Below, piece by piece: positions 26,630 through 37,794 of a DNA stretch of 64,000 nucleotides (position 1 is the first letter of the stretch; each line of letters opens with the position of its first letter). The position numbers and the translations under genes are program-made. Below the pieces are notes generated by a model that was not told the origin of the DNA, did no database searches, and saw only the letters and a list, made by a program, of their open reading frames with translations. The stretch comes from Dehalococcoidia bacterium (GTDB lineage: Bacteria > Chloroflexota > Dehalococcoidia > Lucifugimonadales > UBA1123): NCBI GenBank assembly GCA_965116415.1, contig OZ220693.1, forward strand, positions 556,753 to 620,752, written 5' to 3'.

Positions 26630-28177
26630 ATGAAGTACGACACAATAATCGTGGGAGCTGGGTCGGCAGGCTGCGTACTGGCGTCAAGACTCTCTGAGGA
26701 CCGGCACAGGTCCGTATTGCTGCTGGAGGCAGGTCCTGACTACCCTGACTTCGACAGAATGCCGGATCACGTGAAGTATGGTGTGCACCCCTGGTATGAG
26801 TCGTACGACCCACTGTCCCACACCTGGGGCTACGAGGCGAACGCTGTCCCAGGCAGGGAGCCCTTCAGGCTTCCTCGCGGCAAGGTCATGGGTGGCTCCA
26901 GCGCGATCAATGGTCAGGTCTGGTTCAGAGGGATACCCGAGGACTTCGAAGAGTGGGCCGAGGCAGGCAACGAGGGTTGGAACTTTCTGGACGTCCTGCC
27001 CTACTTCCGAAAGTCGGAGACCGACCTCGACTTTCCAGGAGACGACTTCCATGGCTCGGACGGTCCCATTCCGGTCCGTCGCTACAGGGAAGACGAGCTT
27101 CTTTCCAGTCCACGAGCATTCCTGGATGCGTGCGTGGCGGCTGGATTTCCGCGGACGGACGATGTCAACCACCCCGAGTCGACCGGAGTGGGCCACTACG
27201 CATTCAACCGCATAGACGACGTTCGGATGAGCACCGCCCTGACGTACCTCGACATGGCTCGCACCCGGCTCAACCTCACGGTGCGCTCCGAAGTCCTGGC
27301 ACATCGCGTTCTTTTGGAAGGGCGCCGTGCAGTCGGAGTCGAGGCCGAATCAGGCGGGGAGGTCTTTAGCGTCTACGCTGACAACGTCATCCTGAGCGGG
27401 GGCGCAATCAATTCGCCGCAGCTCCTGCTGCTCTCAGGCGTTGGACCTTCCGATCATCTCGCAGAGCACGGCATCGAGACAGTCCACGACCTACCCGGTG
27501 TCGGCCAAAACCTCCGAGACCACCCGGCGATATTCATGCACTACGTTAGCCAGACAGAGCTACCGGACCGTCCTCCGGGTCTCCAGATTGGCATGAGGTA
27601 CACTACCCCCGGTTCGCCGTTCAGAAACGACATGCAGATGCGCCCCCTTCAGATTCGAACTGAGCACATACCCGTGGACTTCGACCTCAGACCAGGTCAC
27701 ATTCCGACCGGATTCAGCATCGCCATGCAGAAGGCCCTGTCAGTTGGCGAGCTGCGTCTGTCCAGCCCGGATCCCAACGACCAGCCGGTCCTGGACTACC
27801 GCTACCTGACCGATCCTTTCGATCTGGAAAGGATGCGCGGGGCCGTCAGGCTGTGCGCCGAGATTTCCGCTATGCCCGAGTACGCTCCAGCCAGCATGAC
27901 ACGGCTCAATCCCTCCGACGAAGTACTTTCCAGCGACGACAGCCTCGACGCATGGCTCCTTAAGAACGTCGTCACCCAGCACCATTCGTCGGGGACATGC
28001 AAGATGGGGCCTGCCAACGATCGTATGGCGGTCGTTGACCCGGGTTGCCATGTTCACGGACTGGAAGGCCTTATGGTGGTCGACGCATCGATCATGCCTG
28101 ACGTGGTGAGGGCAAACACCAACTCGACCACCATCATGATCGCGGAGAAGGTCGCCGAAGAGATCCGCTCCAGCTAG
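26630..28177 (+). CDS. GMC family oxidoreductase (choline dehydrogenase-like)
   Basis: 'YDTIIVGAGSAGCVLASRLSED', 'GKVMGGSSAINGQ', and the C-terminal 'HHSSGTCKMG' active-site block. Confidence 0.92.
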   Translation: MKYDTIIVGAGSAGCVLASRLSEDRHRSVLLLEAGPDYPDFDRMPDHVKYGVHPWYESYDPLSHTWGYEANAVPGREPFRLPRGKVMGGSSAINGQVWFRGIPEDFEEWAEAGNEGWNFLDVLPYFRKSETDLDFPGDDFHGSDGPIPVRRYREDELLSSPRAFLDACVAAGFPRTDDVNHPESTGVGHYAFNRIDDVRMSTALTYLDMARTRLNLTVRSEVLAHRVLLEGRRAVGVEAESGGEVFSVYADNVILSGGAINSPQLLLLSGVGPSDHLAEHGIETVHDLPGVGQNLRDHPAIFMHYVSQTELPDRPPGLQIGMRYTTPGSPFRNDMQMRPLQIRTEHIPVDFDLRPGHIPTGFSIAMQKALSVGELRLSSPDPNDQPVLDYRYLTDPFDLERMRGAVRLCAEISAMPEYAPASMTRLNPSDEVLSSDDSLDAWLLKNVVTQHHSSGTCKMGPANDRMAVVDPGCHVHGLEGLMVVDASIMPDVVRANTNSTTIMIAEKVAEEIRSS

Positions 28178-28223
28178 CGCACTTGTTTCAGACCCCACGA
28201 TTCACTATTCTCAAGTTGCACTC

Positions 28224-29588
28224 TTGAGAATACGAGGGATTATCGTGGTAGAAGCGCCAACCCAGGTTGATCTGGACAAGCTCGTCTCGCTCTGTAAGCG
28301 ACGCGGCTTCATATTTCAGAGCAGTGAGATCTACGGAGGCATGGCGAGCACCTGGGACTACGGTCCTCTTGGCGTCGAATTGAAGAAGAACGTCAAGGAC
28401 TCCTGGTGGCGCACTTTCGTGTGGAGCCGCGATGATATCGTCGGCCTGGACGCCTCGATCCTCATGCACCCCGACGTATGGCGCGCCAGTGGTCACGTCG
28501 GAAGCTTCACCGACCCGCTGGTGGAGTGCAAGGTCTGCCATCTCAGGTTCAGGGAAGACCACCTTGACGGCCCCGATTGCCCGGACTGCGGTGGCGAGCT
28601 CACGGACCCTCGTCACTTCAACCTCATGTTCAAGACGTTCGTTGGTCCGGTCGAAGACCAGGCCTCCGAGGCCTACCTTCGCCCAGAGACCGCCCAGGGA
28701 ATCTTCGTCAACTTCGACAACGTGCTCACAGCCACTCGCAAGCGGCTCCCCTTCGGTATCGCCCAGATTGGGAAGGCCTTCAGGAACGAAATCACCACCG
28801 GCGGCTTCATATTCAGGACACGCGAATTCGAGGCCATGGAGATCGAGTACTTCGTGATGCCGGGAGAAGACGAGGAGTACCACGATCGCTGGATCAAGGA
28901 CTGCCTTGGCTGGTACACCGACCTCGGTGTGAGCCCCGACCGCCTCAGGTTGAGGGCCCACGACGCAGACGAACTCTCTCACTACTCGAAGGCCACCCAC
29001 GACATCGAGTACCTCTATCCCTGGGGGTGGGGCGAGATTCAGGGCATCGCCAACCGCACCGACTACGACCTCAAGGCTCACACCAAGGCCAGCGGTCAGA
29101 GCCTGACCTACTTCGACCAGGAGAGTGGACAGCACATCGTTCCCTATGTAATCGAACCCGCTGCAGGTGTCGACAGGTCAGTTATGACATTTCTGGTCGA
29201 CGCCTACACCGAGGAACAGGTCACGTCTGCGTCCGGCAAGACCGAAAGTCGCACGCTTCTAAAGCTCCATCCTGAGATCGCTCCCGTTAAGGTCGCCATA
29301 CTCCCGCTATCGAGAAACGCCCGCCTTACGCCTACCGCGCGTGAGGTGTTTGAGGCCGTTCAGGGATCGGGCCGCATCTCTGGTTTCGTTCAGTACGACG
29401 ACACGCAGAGCATCGGGCGACGCTACCGGCGTCAGGACGAGATTGGCACTCCGCTGTGTGTGACTGTTGACTTCGACACAATCGACGACCGCGCCGTTAC
29501 AATTCGAAACAGGGATACCATGACCCAAGAACGAGTCCCGATCGAGAATCTCGCTGACGAACTCTCACGGAGTTTGGCCGAGTTCTAG
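28224..29588 (+). CDS. glyQS: Glycine--tRNA ligase (class II, dimeric GlyQS type)
   Basis: 'RRGFIFQSSEIYGG..STWDYGPLG', 'FRNEI..GGFIFRTREFEAMEIEYF', and the anticodon-binding C-terminus. The start is TTG 28224 or GTG 28245 (after GAGGGA). Confidence 0.95.
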   Translation: MRIRGIIVVEAPTQVDLDKLVSLCKRRGFIFQSSEIYGGMASTWDYGPLGVELKKNVKDSWWRTFVWSRDDIVGLDASILMHPDVWRASGHVGSFTDPLVECKVCHLRFREDHLDGPDCPDCGGELTDPRHFNLMFKTFVGPVEDQASEAYLRPETAQGIFVNFDNVLTATRKRLPFGIAQIGKAFRNEITTGGFIFRTREFEAMEIEYFVMPGEDEEYHDRWIKDCLGWYTDLGVSPDRLRLRAHDADELSHYSKATHDIEYLYPWGWGEIQGIANRTDYDLKAHTKASGQSLTYFDQESGQHIVPYVIEPAAGVDRSVMTFLVDAYTEEQVTSASGKTESRTLLKLHPEIAPVKVAILPLSRNARLTPTAREVFEAVQGSGRISGFVQYDDTQSIGRRYRRQDEIGTPLCVTVDFDTIDDRAVTIRNRDTMTQERVPIENLADELSRSLAEF

Positions 29589-29690
29589 GTTGCCGGCCTG
29601 CCTGAAACCAGGGGGTGGCTGCATTGCGTACAGATGTACAAATGTGGCCGGATAGAGCAAGGCACAATCTGTGAGGGTATGTTCCAAGGC

Positions 29691-30275
29691 ATGACGATGC
29701 ACAATAGTCTCGCCACAAGGGGTGTCGTACTATTCGCGGTGATTGCGCTCCTGGCGATTGCAGTCCTGTCGTGCTCCTCAGAGGAGTCTCCGACAGCGGA
29801 GCCGGAACAGGCGACTGATACCGAGGATACCCTGGACGACGCTCCCGACTTCGAGCTCGTCCTGTTCGGAAACGAAGATCACGAGGCAGGTGAAACCATC
29901 AGGCTGTCTGAGTTCGCTGGGAAGCCCGTAGTGCTCAACTTCTGGTTCCCGTCCTGCCCGCCGTGTGTCGCCGAAATGCCTGACTTCGAGACCGCTTACC
30001 AGGAGTTCAAGGATGACGGTGTAGAGTTCATCGGCATCCAGCTCGTCGGCCTGGACTCTGTGGACGACGGCCAGGAGTTCGTAAACAAGATTGGCGTCAA
30101 CTACAGCGTGGGCCCTGACAAGATCGGCGACAAGATGGGCGAAATAGTCATGGAATACATGATCTCTGGATTTCCCACGACGGTGCTCATCGACAGGGAC
30201 GGCAACATCCAAAGGCGATGGTCCGGAGCGCTAGACCTCGAAAAGCTCCGGGAGCTGATTCACGAGATCATGTAA
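29691..30275 (+). CDS. TlpA/ResA-like thiol-disulfide oxidoreductase lipoprotein
   Basis: Lipobox 'AVLSCSS' and thioredoxin-fold 'FWFPSCPPCVAEMP'. The start is ambiguous (29679, 29691 or 29697; the track gives 29634). Confidence 0.85.
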   Translation: MTMHNSLATRGVVLFAVIALLAIAVLSCSSEESPTAEPEQATDTEDTLDDAPDFELVLFGNEDHEAGETIRLSEFAGKPVVLNFWFPSCPPCVAEMPDFETAYQEFKDDGVEFIGIQLVGLDSVDDGQEFVNKIGVNYSVGPDKIGDKMGEIVMEYMISGFPTTVLIDRDGNIQRRWSGALDLEKLRELIHEIM

Positions 30276-30328
30276 CTCCAGTTGCTGCTCCGGATGTGGC
30301 TGCGGACCGAAGTTCCAAGCCTGGTCCG

Positions 30329-30862
30329 ATGTTACAATTATCCGACGAAATTCGGAGCGGACAGTTGACCTATAGTGAAGTGTTCCTGCTCGTAGTCAGA
30401 TGGGTGCACCTGACAGCGTCCGTGGCGTGGGTAGGAGGCAGCATCTTCTACCTCTTTGTGTTGAGACCGGCCCTGCGTCGCTCGTCTGACACTGGCCGCG
30501 AAGTAAACCGCCATACTGCCGCTGAGTTCAAGGTTCTGGTCGACGTCTGCTTCTTCCTGCTGGTGGTCACGGGCATCAGCCTGACTTTCGACCGCCTCAG
30601 CCAGGGCGTAACAGGCACGTCCTATGTGATCGTTCTCGCGATTAAGGTCGTGTTGAGTATCTGGATGTTCGTGCTGGCTTCCAGGCGAAGACGACGCACG
30701 TTGCTGTCTGAAGCCTACCGAGAGCCAGAAGCACCGCCACAGGGATTCCTGCAACGGGGACTTAGGGCAATTTCGGGCTACAACACAATCATCATTCTCG
30801 GCGTGGTGGTCTTTCTACTTGCGGACCTGTTAAAGGTCATGTACGAGATGGCCCTGCGCTGA
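30329..30862 (+). CDS. Integral membrane protein, ~4 TM (CopD-like?)
   Basis: Hydrophobic helices 'VFLLVVRWVHLTASVAWVGGSIFY', 'VCFFLLVVTGISL', 'VIVLAIKVVLSIWMFVL' and 'IIILGVVVFLLADLL'. The family call is tentative. ATG 30329 avoids overlap with the upstream gene. Confidence 0.5.
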   Translation: MLQLSDEIRSGQLTYSEVFLLVVRWVHLTASVAWVGGSIFYLFVLRPALRRSSDTGREVNRHTAAEFKVLVDVCFFLLVVTGISLTFDRLSQGVTGTSYVIVLAIKVVLSIWMFVLASRRRRRTLLSEAYREPEAPPQGFLQRGLRAISGYNTIIILGVVVFLLADLLKVMYEMALR

Positions 30863-30881
30863 ATCCACGGAGCATCTGAAA

Positions 30882-31064
30882 ATGCGAATGACACTCATGG
30901 AAATCCTGGTCTGCCCGATGTGTCGTGGCGATCTGGACCTTACGGTCACTGAACAGGACGGCGACGAAATCGTGTCGGGAATTCTTCGCTGCAAAGAGTG
31001 CCAGGAAGAGTATCCGATCGAAGACACGATTCCCAACATGCTGCCGCCATCGCTTCGAGGCTGA
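30882..31064 (+). CDS. Trm112-family small zinc-ribbon protein (UPF0434)
   Basis: 60 aa. 'LVCPMCRGDL...LRCKECQEEYPIEDTIPNML' is the classic Trm112 pattern. Confidence 0.85.
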   Translation: MRMTLMEILVCPMCRGDLDLTVTEQDGDEIVSGILRCKECQEEYPIEDTIPNMLPPSLRG

Positions 31065-31092
31065 CCTTCCCAAATAACACCACAGATAAGTG

Positions 31093-32523
31093 TCAGTCCT
31101 GGAAGCCCCCATAGAGCTTACTCTCAGCAAGATCGACGACCCGGTACGGCAGTCCCGATTGGGACACGGTACTCTCCCCTTCAGGGGTGATCAGGAGCGT
31201 TCCACCATTGCCAACCGACCGTCCCTGGGACATGATCATCGATCCGGCCACGAAGCTCATCACTGGGGAATTCCGGTCCGGATCCAGCACGGTGATGTCA
31301 GCGTCAGCACCCACTGTGAAATGGCCCTTGTCCAACAGACCCATCATCCTCGCGGGAGTCCATGACAGCTTGTCAGCCATCTCCAGAGGGGTCAGCGCGC
31401 CGAATTCAACCAGCGCCATGGTGCTCTGGATGGCGACGTTTCTCGGATGGGACCCACCATCGGTGCTCACCGCATCGACCGTGAACTCGCCTTCGTCATC
31501 CTTGGCCGTGGTGAGAGTAAACGCCGAAGAAGGTACGTTCACTGGGAAGCTCATTCCGACATTGCTGTCGGACTCGTCGAATAGCCTCAGCGCCTCTTGC
31601 CGTTTAGCGTAGTAGATTGCGCCCTCAGACTGCGCCACTACCGCGCCATAGCCGTCCACGATCGCCTGCCGAAGCCCTTCGCGCGTAGTCTCATAGCCGC
31701 GCAGCCTGAGACAGTTGCGGGGCACGTCGGCTATTACATTGCCTTTCTCATCGCATCTTCCGCTGGTGCCGTTCTGCACCGCGTGATACACCTCTGAGAC
31801 GAGCTGGTCGCTCATGCCATCGAGAATCTCCAGGGCTTCGACGCACTCGGTAGCCGCGTCTTCGATCACGCCCCGGCAGTAGCTGTTCACGTGACACACG
31901 TGCAGGCGACCATTCCCAACAAGAGCCGGGACCTCCCGCAGGCCCTCGAGTTGGCTGCCAGTCTCGGTCGTGCCGAGATGAAACGCGATGTAGGCCCTCT
32001 GTGCATTGGCCTCGGCGATTACCGTTGCCGTCTCTTCCGGCGAAAACGGATGGTAGCCGCCGAGTATCTTCAAGCCAAAGCAACCCTGACGTAGTGCCCC
32101 AGTCACGATGTCGCGCATCGCCGACGCCGACAGCTTCCCACTCGGAATCGTAAGTCCGGGTATCAGCGCGAAATTCCCTGCGACGTTCAGACCTGCTCCC
32201 CGCCTCTTGATCCCGTCGATCAGTGACGGCCCGGTCCCGCCCATGTCCAGTACGGTCGTGGTGCCGGCACGCGCCAGCATTCCGTAACCCAGTGCCGGGT
32301 CCCAGTTCCGCGACAGTCCCGCAACGTGGGCGTGTGTGTCGATCTGACCGGGCATGACCCACAAACCAGATACGTCCACGACTTCGTCCGCGTTCCCAGG
32401 ATCCAACTCGGCCTCTAAGCGATCTATCACGCCATAGCGTACCGCGAGATCAGCCTCGCCCTCGAATGAGTTCTTGGGATCGAGGACTGTCCCCCCCTTG
32501 AGTAACAGGTCGTATCGAGCCAT
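31093..32523 (-). CDS. Amidohydrolase-superfamily metallohydrolase
   Basis: 'DLLLKGGTVLDP', 'VMPGQIDTHAHV' (HxH metal site) and 'HVCHVNS'. Substrate unknown. Confidence 0.8.
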   Translation of the reverse strand: MARYDLLLKGGTVLDPKNSFEGEADLAVRYGVIDRLEAELDPGNADEVVDVSGLWVMPGQIDTHAHVAGLSRNWDPALGYGMLARAGTTTVLDMGGTGPSLIDGIKRRGAGLNVAGNFALIPGLTIPSGKLSASAMRDIVTGALRQGCFGLKILGGYHPFSPEETATVIAEANAQRAYIAFHLGTTETGSQLEGLREVPALVGNGRLHVCHVNSYCRGVIEDAATECVEALEILDGMSDQLVSEVYHAVQNGTSGRCDEKGNVIADVPRNCLRLRGYETTREGLRQAIVDGYGAVVAQSEGAIYYAKRQEALRLFDESDSNVGMSFPVNVPSSAFTLTTAKDDEGEFTVDAVSTDGGSHPRNVAIQSTMALVEFGALTPLEMADKLSWTPARMMGLLDKGHFTVGADADITVLDPDRNSPVMSFVAGSMIMSQGRSVGNGGTLLITPEGESTVSQSGLPYRVVDLAESKLYGGFQD

Positions 32524-32621
32524 GGGTCTCCCGGAAGCGCGGAGTCGATTGCGGACGCTGATAAGTCAGCGCGTATAGTACACTATGCGCCATCCAAATC
32601 CGAAAGAGAGGACGTGCATTG

Positions 32622-33488
32622 ATGAAGCTAGGAGTGGTATTCCCACAGACAGAGATCGGAAGTGACCCCGGTGGAGTGAGGGCGTACGCAGAGGCCGCCG
32701 AGGAGATGGGTTACAACCACATCATCGTTTTCGATCACGTGCTCGGCGCGAATGCTGAGTCCAGGCCTGGATGGAGCGGGGCCTACCGACACACCGATGC
32801 CTTCCACGAACCATTCGTCCTGTACGGCTTTCTTGCCGCCGTAACGAGCAGCGTCGAGCTGGTAACCGCTGTCATTATCTTGCCTCAGCGCCAGACCGCC
32901 CTCGTCGCCAAACAGGCCGCGGCAGTAGACGTTCTAAGTCAGGGACGGCTGAGGCTGGGAATCGGTGTCGGCTGGAACCCCGTCGAGTACGAGGCCCTTG
33001 GCGAGAACTTCCACGATCGTGGTCGGCGCTCAGAAGAGCAGATCGACCTGATGCGCAAGCTATGGACAAACGACCTCATCACCTACGAAGGCAGGTGGCA
33101 CAAGGTCACCGACGCGGGCCTCAATCCCCTGCCAGTACAGCAGCCGATCCCGGTCTGGTTCGGAGGCGCAGCTCCTCAAACGATCAGACGTGTCGCGACA
33201 ATGGGTGACGGCTGGTTCCCCCTCTTCCGTCCTGACGATCACGGACGCGAGCTGATTGCCAGCATGAGGGAACAGGCCGCAGCGGCTGGCCGCGATCCAT
33301 CTTCGATCGGGGTCGAAAGCTGGGTGTCGATCCGAAACTCTTCTGAAGACGACCAGCGCCAGCTCATCGAAACGTGGCAGGAGTTGGACGCCACTCACAT
33401 CTCAGTAAACACGATGAACGCTGGGATTGACTCCGTAGATGGCCACATCGAAGCTATCCGCAGGTTCAAGGAGATGGCGGAGGGCTAA
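32622..33488 (+). CDS. Luciferase-like (LLM class) F420-dependent oxidoreductase
   Basis: 'MKLGVVFPQTEIGSDPGGVRAYAEAAEEMGYNHIIVFDHVLG' and 'LGIGVGWNPVEYEALG' are typical of the Rv2161c-type LLM subgroup as I recall it. Confidence 0.8.
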   Translation: MKLGVVFPQTEIGSDPGGVRAYAEAAEEMGYNHIIVFDHVLGANAESRPGWSGAYRHTDAFHEPFVLYGFLAAVTSSVELVTAVIILPQRQTALVAKQAAAVDVLSQGRLRLGIGVGWNPVEYEALGENFHDRGRRSEEQIDLMRKLWTNDLITYEGRWHKVTDAGLNPLPVQQPIPVWFGGAAPQTIRRVATMGDGWFPLFRPDDHGRELIASMREQAAAAGRDPSSIGVESWVSIRNSSEDDQRQLIETWQELDATHISVNTMNAGIDSVDGHIEAIRRFKEMAEG

Positions 33489-33556
33489 GGAGATAGGCCC
33501 GAAGACTCGTTCGAACGTCGAAGCGGTGCGGGGAGGCGGTTAAGGATTCGCGGGAG

Positions 33557-35392
33557 CTAGTTGGCGGCCGCCGGCGCTGGCGGGCTTTCGAAGATGTCCG
33601 CGAAGTTCTCGCCCTCTATCGTCTCGTTTTCGAGAAGATACTCAGAGACCCGGTCCAAATTCGGTCTGTATTCCTTAAGGAGCCGCATCGCGGTATCGTA
33701 CGCGCCGCCGATCAGGCTCTGCACCTCGTCGTCGATCTGCTCCGCCACGCTGTCGGAGTAGTCCCGCTGTTCTGAGATCTCGCGGCCCAGGAACACGAGC
33801 TCGTCGCGCTTTCCGAAGGTCCTCGGTCCGAGCTTCTTACTCATCCCGAATCGAGTGACCATGGTGCGCGCGATGTTCGTCGCCTGCTCAAGGTCGTTGC
33901 TCGCCCCAGTGGTAACTTCTCCGAACACAAGCTCCTCAGCTGCACGTCCTCCCATCGCCATCGCAAGTCGGGCTTCAAGCTGATCGCTCGTGATCAGGTT
34001 TCGGTCCTCTTCCGGAACGGTCTTCGTGTACCCGCCGGCCTGGCCTCGGGCTATTATCGTAACCTTGGCCACGGGGTCTGCATCGGGCAGAACATGGGCC
34101 ACCAGGGCATGACCGGCCTCGTGATAGGCAGTGACTTCCTTCTCGTGCTCACTTATGACGCGGCTCCGCCGCTCGGGGCCTGCGGTCACCCTATCGATGC
34201 TTTCAGAGAATTCGTCCGGGCCTATCAGCTTCTTGGTACGCCGGGCAGCAAGAATGGCCGCCTCGTTCACAAGGTTCGCCAGATCCGCTCCACTGAATCC
34301 AACTGTCTGACGGGCCACTCGCTCTAAGTCCACGTCCTCATCCAACGGCTTCCCGTCAGAGTGGACCTTCAAGATCTCTGTCCTACCCCTCAGGTCGGGG
34401 TTGTCAAGTATCACCCTCCGGTCGAAACGACCGGGTCGCAGCAACGCTGGGTCCAATATGTCCGGGCGGTTCGTCGCCGCCATCACGATCACGTTCGTTC
34501 CAGTGTCGAAGCCATCCATCTCCACCAGGATCTGGTTCAGGGTCTGCTCTCGCTCGTCGTGACCTCCTCCAAGTCCTGCCCCACGATGTCGTCCTACAGC
34601 ATCGATCTCGTCAACGAACACGATACACGGTGCGTTCCGCTTAGCCTGGTCGAACAGGTCACGCACCCGACTCGCTCCCACTCCAACAAACATCTCTACA
34701 AACTCTGATCCGCTGATGTTGAAGAACGGAACTCCTGCCTCTCCTGCTACCGCTCTCGCCATCAGGGTCTTTCCCGTTCCAGGAGGACCTACCAGCAACA
34801 CTCCCTTAGGAATCTTCGCTCCCAATGCCAAAAAACGCTCTGGGAACTTCAGAAACTCTACAACCTCCTGCAACTCCTCCTTCGCCTCCTCTACCCCAGC
34901 AACATCAGAGAAACTCACCTGCGGACTGTTCCCCATGAACATCCGCGCTCGACTACGTCCGAAACTGAACGTCTGGTTCGTGTTCCCCTGGGCACTCCTC
35001 ATCATGAACAGCAGGATCGCTCCAAAGAAGATCAACGGCAGGAAGTTGAACAACACCCCCAACAGCGACGACAGTCCACTCTGTCCACGTGAGATGATCT
35101 CAACGTTCGACGTCGTAAGGTCCACACCACCACGCTGGAGTATCTCCACTATCGAAGACCCACTCTCCTTGCGCGACATCAGCGTCTCTCCTGACGTCGT
35201 CACGATCGTCAGACTGTCTCCCTTCACCTCGATGGTCGAGACGTTGCCCCGTGCGGTCATCGCGACCACGTCGTTTATCCCGATCTCCTGGTCGCCTCCT
35301 ACTGCGCCAGAAAGCAGGTTCACTACGATCGCTACTATCGCCACCGTGATCAGTAGATAGATGAGGGTCCTACGCATGAAAAGGCAGACCAT
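33557..35392 (-). CDS. ftsH: ATP-dependent zinc metalloprotease FtsH
   Basis: Walker A 'GPPGTGKT', 'IVFVDEIDA', the SRH region and 'HEAGHAL' zinc site. An alternative start is ATG 35377. Confidence 0.96.
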   Translation of the reverse strand: MVCLFMRRTLIYLLITVAIVAIVVNLLSGAVGGDQEIGINDVVAMTARGNVSTIEVKGDSLTIVTTSGETLMSRKESGSSIVEILQRGGVDLTTSNVEIISRGQSGLSSLLGVLFNFLPLIFFGAILLFMMRSAQGNTNQTFSFGRSRARMFMGNSPQVSFSDVAGVEEAKEELQEVVEFLKFPERFLALGAKIPKGVLLVGPPGTGKTLMARAVAGEAGVPFFNISGSEFVEMFVGVGASRVRDLFDQAKRNAPCIVFVDEIDAVGRHRGAGLGGGHDEREQTLNQILVEMDGFDTGTNVIVMAATNRPDILDPALLRPGRFDRRVILDNPDLRGRTEILKVHSDGKPLDEDVDLERVARQTVGFSGADLANLVNEAAILAARRTKKLIGPDEFSESIDRVTAGPERRSRVISEHEKEVTAYHEAGHALVAHVLPDADPVAKVTIIARGQAGGYTKTVPEEDRNLITSDQLEARLAMAMGGRAAEELVFGEVTTGASNDLEQATNIARTMVTRFGMSKKLGPRTFGKRDELVFLGREISEQRDYSDSVAEQIDDEVQSLIGGAYDTAMRLLKEYRPNLDRVSEYLLENETIEGENFADIFESPPAPAAAN

Positions 35393-35682
35393 CCTCCCCG
35401 TCGCTCATAGCTGGGACAATGCGCTCAAAGTATACCAGATGAGGGCCCTTACTCACCTAGACAAGGCGATGTGCCGACGTTCGGTGTGAGAGGGACCTGA
35501 TTGTATTCAGACCGCTGCATGTGTGATATAGTCGGGCGCAAGTTCAAGCAACGCTGAGGAAGTTTTCAGTAAATTTGCGGCGCCAAATCCTGTCCGATTG
35601 CGGAATCAAGAGTCCTGTCACACATTCAGCTAAGCAGCAACGAGGTAGTCAATTCAGAAGCATTGAAGTGGGAGGATGCTCA

Positions 35683-37683
35683 ATGAGATTGGCAATTAGT
35701 TTGACCGTTCTGGCTATGGTCCTCGCCCTCGCGGCTCTCGCGTGTACGCGGGAAGTCGTCAAAGAGGTCGAGGTTCCAGGTGAGACGGTCGTCAAGGAAG
35801 TCGTCAAAGTCGAGACTGTCGAAGTTCCAGGCGAGACTGTCGTCAAGGAAGTCGTCAAAGTCGAGACTGTCGAAGTTGAGAAACCCGTAGAAGTAGTAAA
35901 AGAAGTCGTCAGGGAAGTTGTGGTCGAAAAACCTATCGAGGTCGTCAAGACTGAGATCAGAGAAGTGATCGTCGAGAAGCCGATTACTCAGATCAAAGAG
36001 ACCGTCATAATCGCCACACCGTCGCCGGCCGATGCCATGATGGACGAGCGAATAGTGCCCGCTGGCACCTTCAATGGCGCGATCGGTGGGTTCTCCCCGG
36101 TTTCGGGTTGGGGCCCGTCATGCACGGCGTGCTCGCAGCTCGTCGGTGCGAGCGTTGGTGAAGCTCTGTTCGCGACCGCCAGAGACGAGTCCGGCGCCAT
36201 CGGTCTCACACCCTGGCTGGTGGAGAAGTGGGAGCTGGCCGACGACGCTTCGTACAGCGACTTCAAGCTGCAGGAAGGCGTACAGTTCCACCAGGACTTT
36301 GGTGAGTTGACCGCCGATGACGTAGCTTGGTACTTCAACCTGATAAACACCAACACCAACCCCGAGTCCAAGCACGACACAGGTGTCCAGATCTTTGACC
36401 TGGCAATGGCCGAAGTCATCGATCGGTACACCGTCCGATTCAACTGGGGCAGCTACGGCGGCTACACCCTCATGATGGAGTTCACAGACCTCCAGGAGGG
36501 TGTCGAGACCATGTCCAAGAAGGCATTTGACACCAAGGGCCAGGAGTGGATGTCCGAAAACGTACCGATCACCACCGGTCCGTTCGAAGTCCAGAAGTGG
36601 ACCCAGGGCGAGGAGATCAGGCTGATCGCCGTTCCGGACCACTGGCGCAAGACATCCAACATAGCCCGCGTCAGCATACTGGCTGTCCCCGAAGGGACCA
36701 CCAGGAGGGCCATGCTCGAGTCCGGTCAGGCGCACGGAGCGCAGATCGGGTTGAAGGACATGCCCGCCATGATCAACTCCGGCTTCAAGCTTGCCCCGGA
36801 ACTCATCCAGAACCAGGTCAACCTGGGCTTCGGTGGCAACTACTGGGAGAGCATCCACGCGAAGTCCGGGGACCCCTTGGAGAGGACTCGCGATATCTCT
36901 AAGCCGTGGGTCGGCGATCCGTACGAGAATGGTGACACCTACGACGAGAACACGCCTTCCATGCAGAATTCCAGGAAGGTCCGCTGGGCGCTCTCGCAAG
37001 CTATTGACCGCGATCTGATCGCTGAGACAGTGCTGAGCGATCTCGGCTGGGGATTCCCCGTCGGACACATGTCCACTGACGATCCGCTCTACCTGAGCAA
37101 TCCAGGTAGGTGGGATATTCCTTACGACCCCGAAGGAGCGCAGGCACTGCTTGAAGAGGCAGGTCACGGTGGATGCTCTAACCTGACGCCGATCGTCTGG
37201 ACTGGACCCAGCGGAGTCGGCGTGGAAGTTTGGGACGCTGTCGGCGTAATGTGGCAGACCAATCTCGGCTGCACGCCCGAATTTGACCGCACCGACTACT
37301 ATGCCCAGCATCGCCCGGGTATCGTCGCCAGGACCAGCATAAACATTTACAGTGGCTGCTGCCCCGGCATGGGGATCTGGCCCATGGAGTGGAGCTTCAG
37401 CTCGGAAAACTACCCCGGAGGTTTCGGTGTAGGCATCGAGACGCCCACCCACTCACGGATTTACACGACCAAGAAGCAAACGTCCGATCCTGAAAAAGTC
37501 ATTGCCCTCGGTCTTGAACAGCATGACTTCAATCACTTCTGGCAGCTGTTCTCAGGAATCGTCCGATTCCCCGACGGCTCCATGTATGATCCCCAGACTG
37601 TGTACTGGGAAGACATGCGACCATTCCAGTGGAACAAGATCGGCGGACTCAGGAGCTTCGAGGACGCAAAACTGGTCGAGTAA
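35683..37683 (+). CDS. ABC transporter substrate-binding lipoprotein, family 5 (peptide/nickel type) with Val/Glu/Lys-rich tether
   Basis: Signal plus lipobox 'LALAALAC', a ~100 aa (V/E/K)n linker, then an SBP_bac_5-like body. ATG 35683 follows GGGAGGA. The track ORF starts at 35575. Confidence 0.85.
   Translation: MRLAISLTVLAMVLALAALACTREVVKEVEVPGETVVKEVVKVETVEVPGETVVKEVVKVETVEVEKPVEVVKEVVREVVVEKPIEVVKTEIREVIVEKPITQIKETVIIATPSPADAMMDERIVPAGTFNGAIGGFSPVSGWGPSCTACSQLVGASVGEALFATARDESGAIGLTPWLVEKWELADDASYSDFKLQEGVQFHQDFGELTADDVAWYFNLINTNTNPESKHDTGVQIFDLAMAEVIDRYTVRFNWGSYGGYTLMMEFTDLQEGVETMSKKAFDTKGQEWMSENVPITTGPFEVQKWTQGEEIRLIAVPDHWRKTSNIARVSILAVPEGTTRRAMLESGQAHGAQIGLKDMPAMINSGFKLAPELIQNQVNLGFGGNYWESIHAKSGDPLERTRDISKPWVGDPYENGDTYDENTPSMQNSRKVRWALSQAIDRDLIAETVLSDLGWGFPVGHMSTDDPLYLSNPGRWDIPYDPEGAQALLEEAGHGGCSNLTPIVWTGPSGVGVEVWDAVGVMWQTNLGCTPEFDRTDYYAQHRPGIVARTSINIYSGCCPGMGIWPMEWSFSSENYPGGFGVGIETPTHSRIYTTKKQTSDPEKVIALGLEQHDFNHFWQLFSGIVRFPDGSMYDPQTVYWEDMRPFQWNKIGGLRSFEDAKLVE
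35773..35874 (+). repeat. In-frame 51-bp tandem duplication (2 copies) inside the SBP tether
   Basis: 35773-35823 and 35824-35874 differ at 2 synonymous positions. Each copy encodes VPGETVVKEVVKVETVE. Confidence 0.9.
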
Positions 37684-37710
37684 TCGATTAGCAACTACGG
37701 TAAGTTGGGT

Positions 37711-37732
37711 AGAGCGTGGATTCGCACGCTCT
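37711..37732 (+). other. Intercistronic stem-loop after SBP gene
   Basis: AGAGCGTG (37711-37718) pairs with CACGCTCT (37725-37732). No T-tract follows. Confidence 0.45.
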
Positions 37733-37794
37733 GCCCGACAACTCACTTGATTAGTTGAACCCCCGGTCTCTGACCTCTCAGGACGGTACTAAGT

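Noticed and set aside
28188-29135. 315-aa ORF antisense to glyQS
   Set aside because: It lies entirely within, and antisense to, a confidently identified glycine--tRNA ligase. Its composition (V/G/A/E/L-rich, no motifs) is typical of shadow ORFs in GC-rich DNA.
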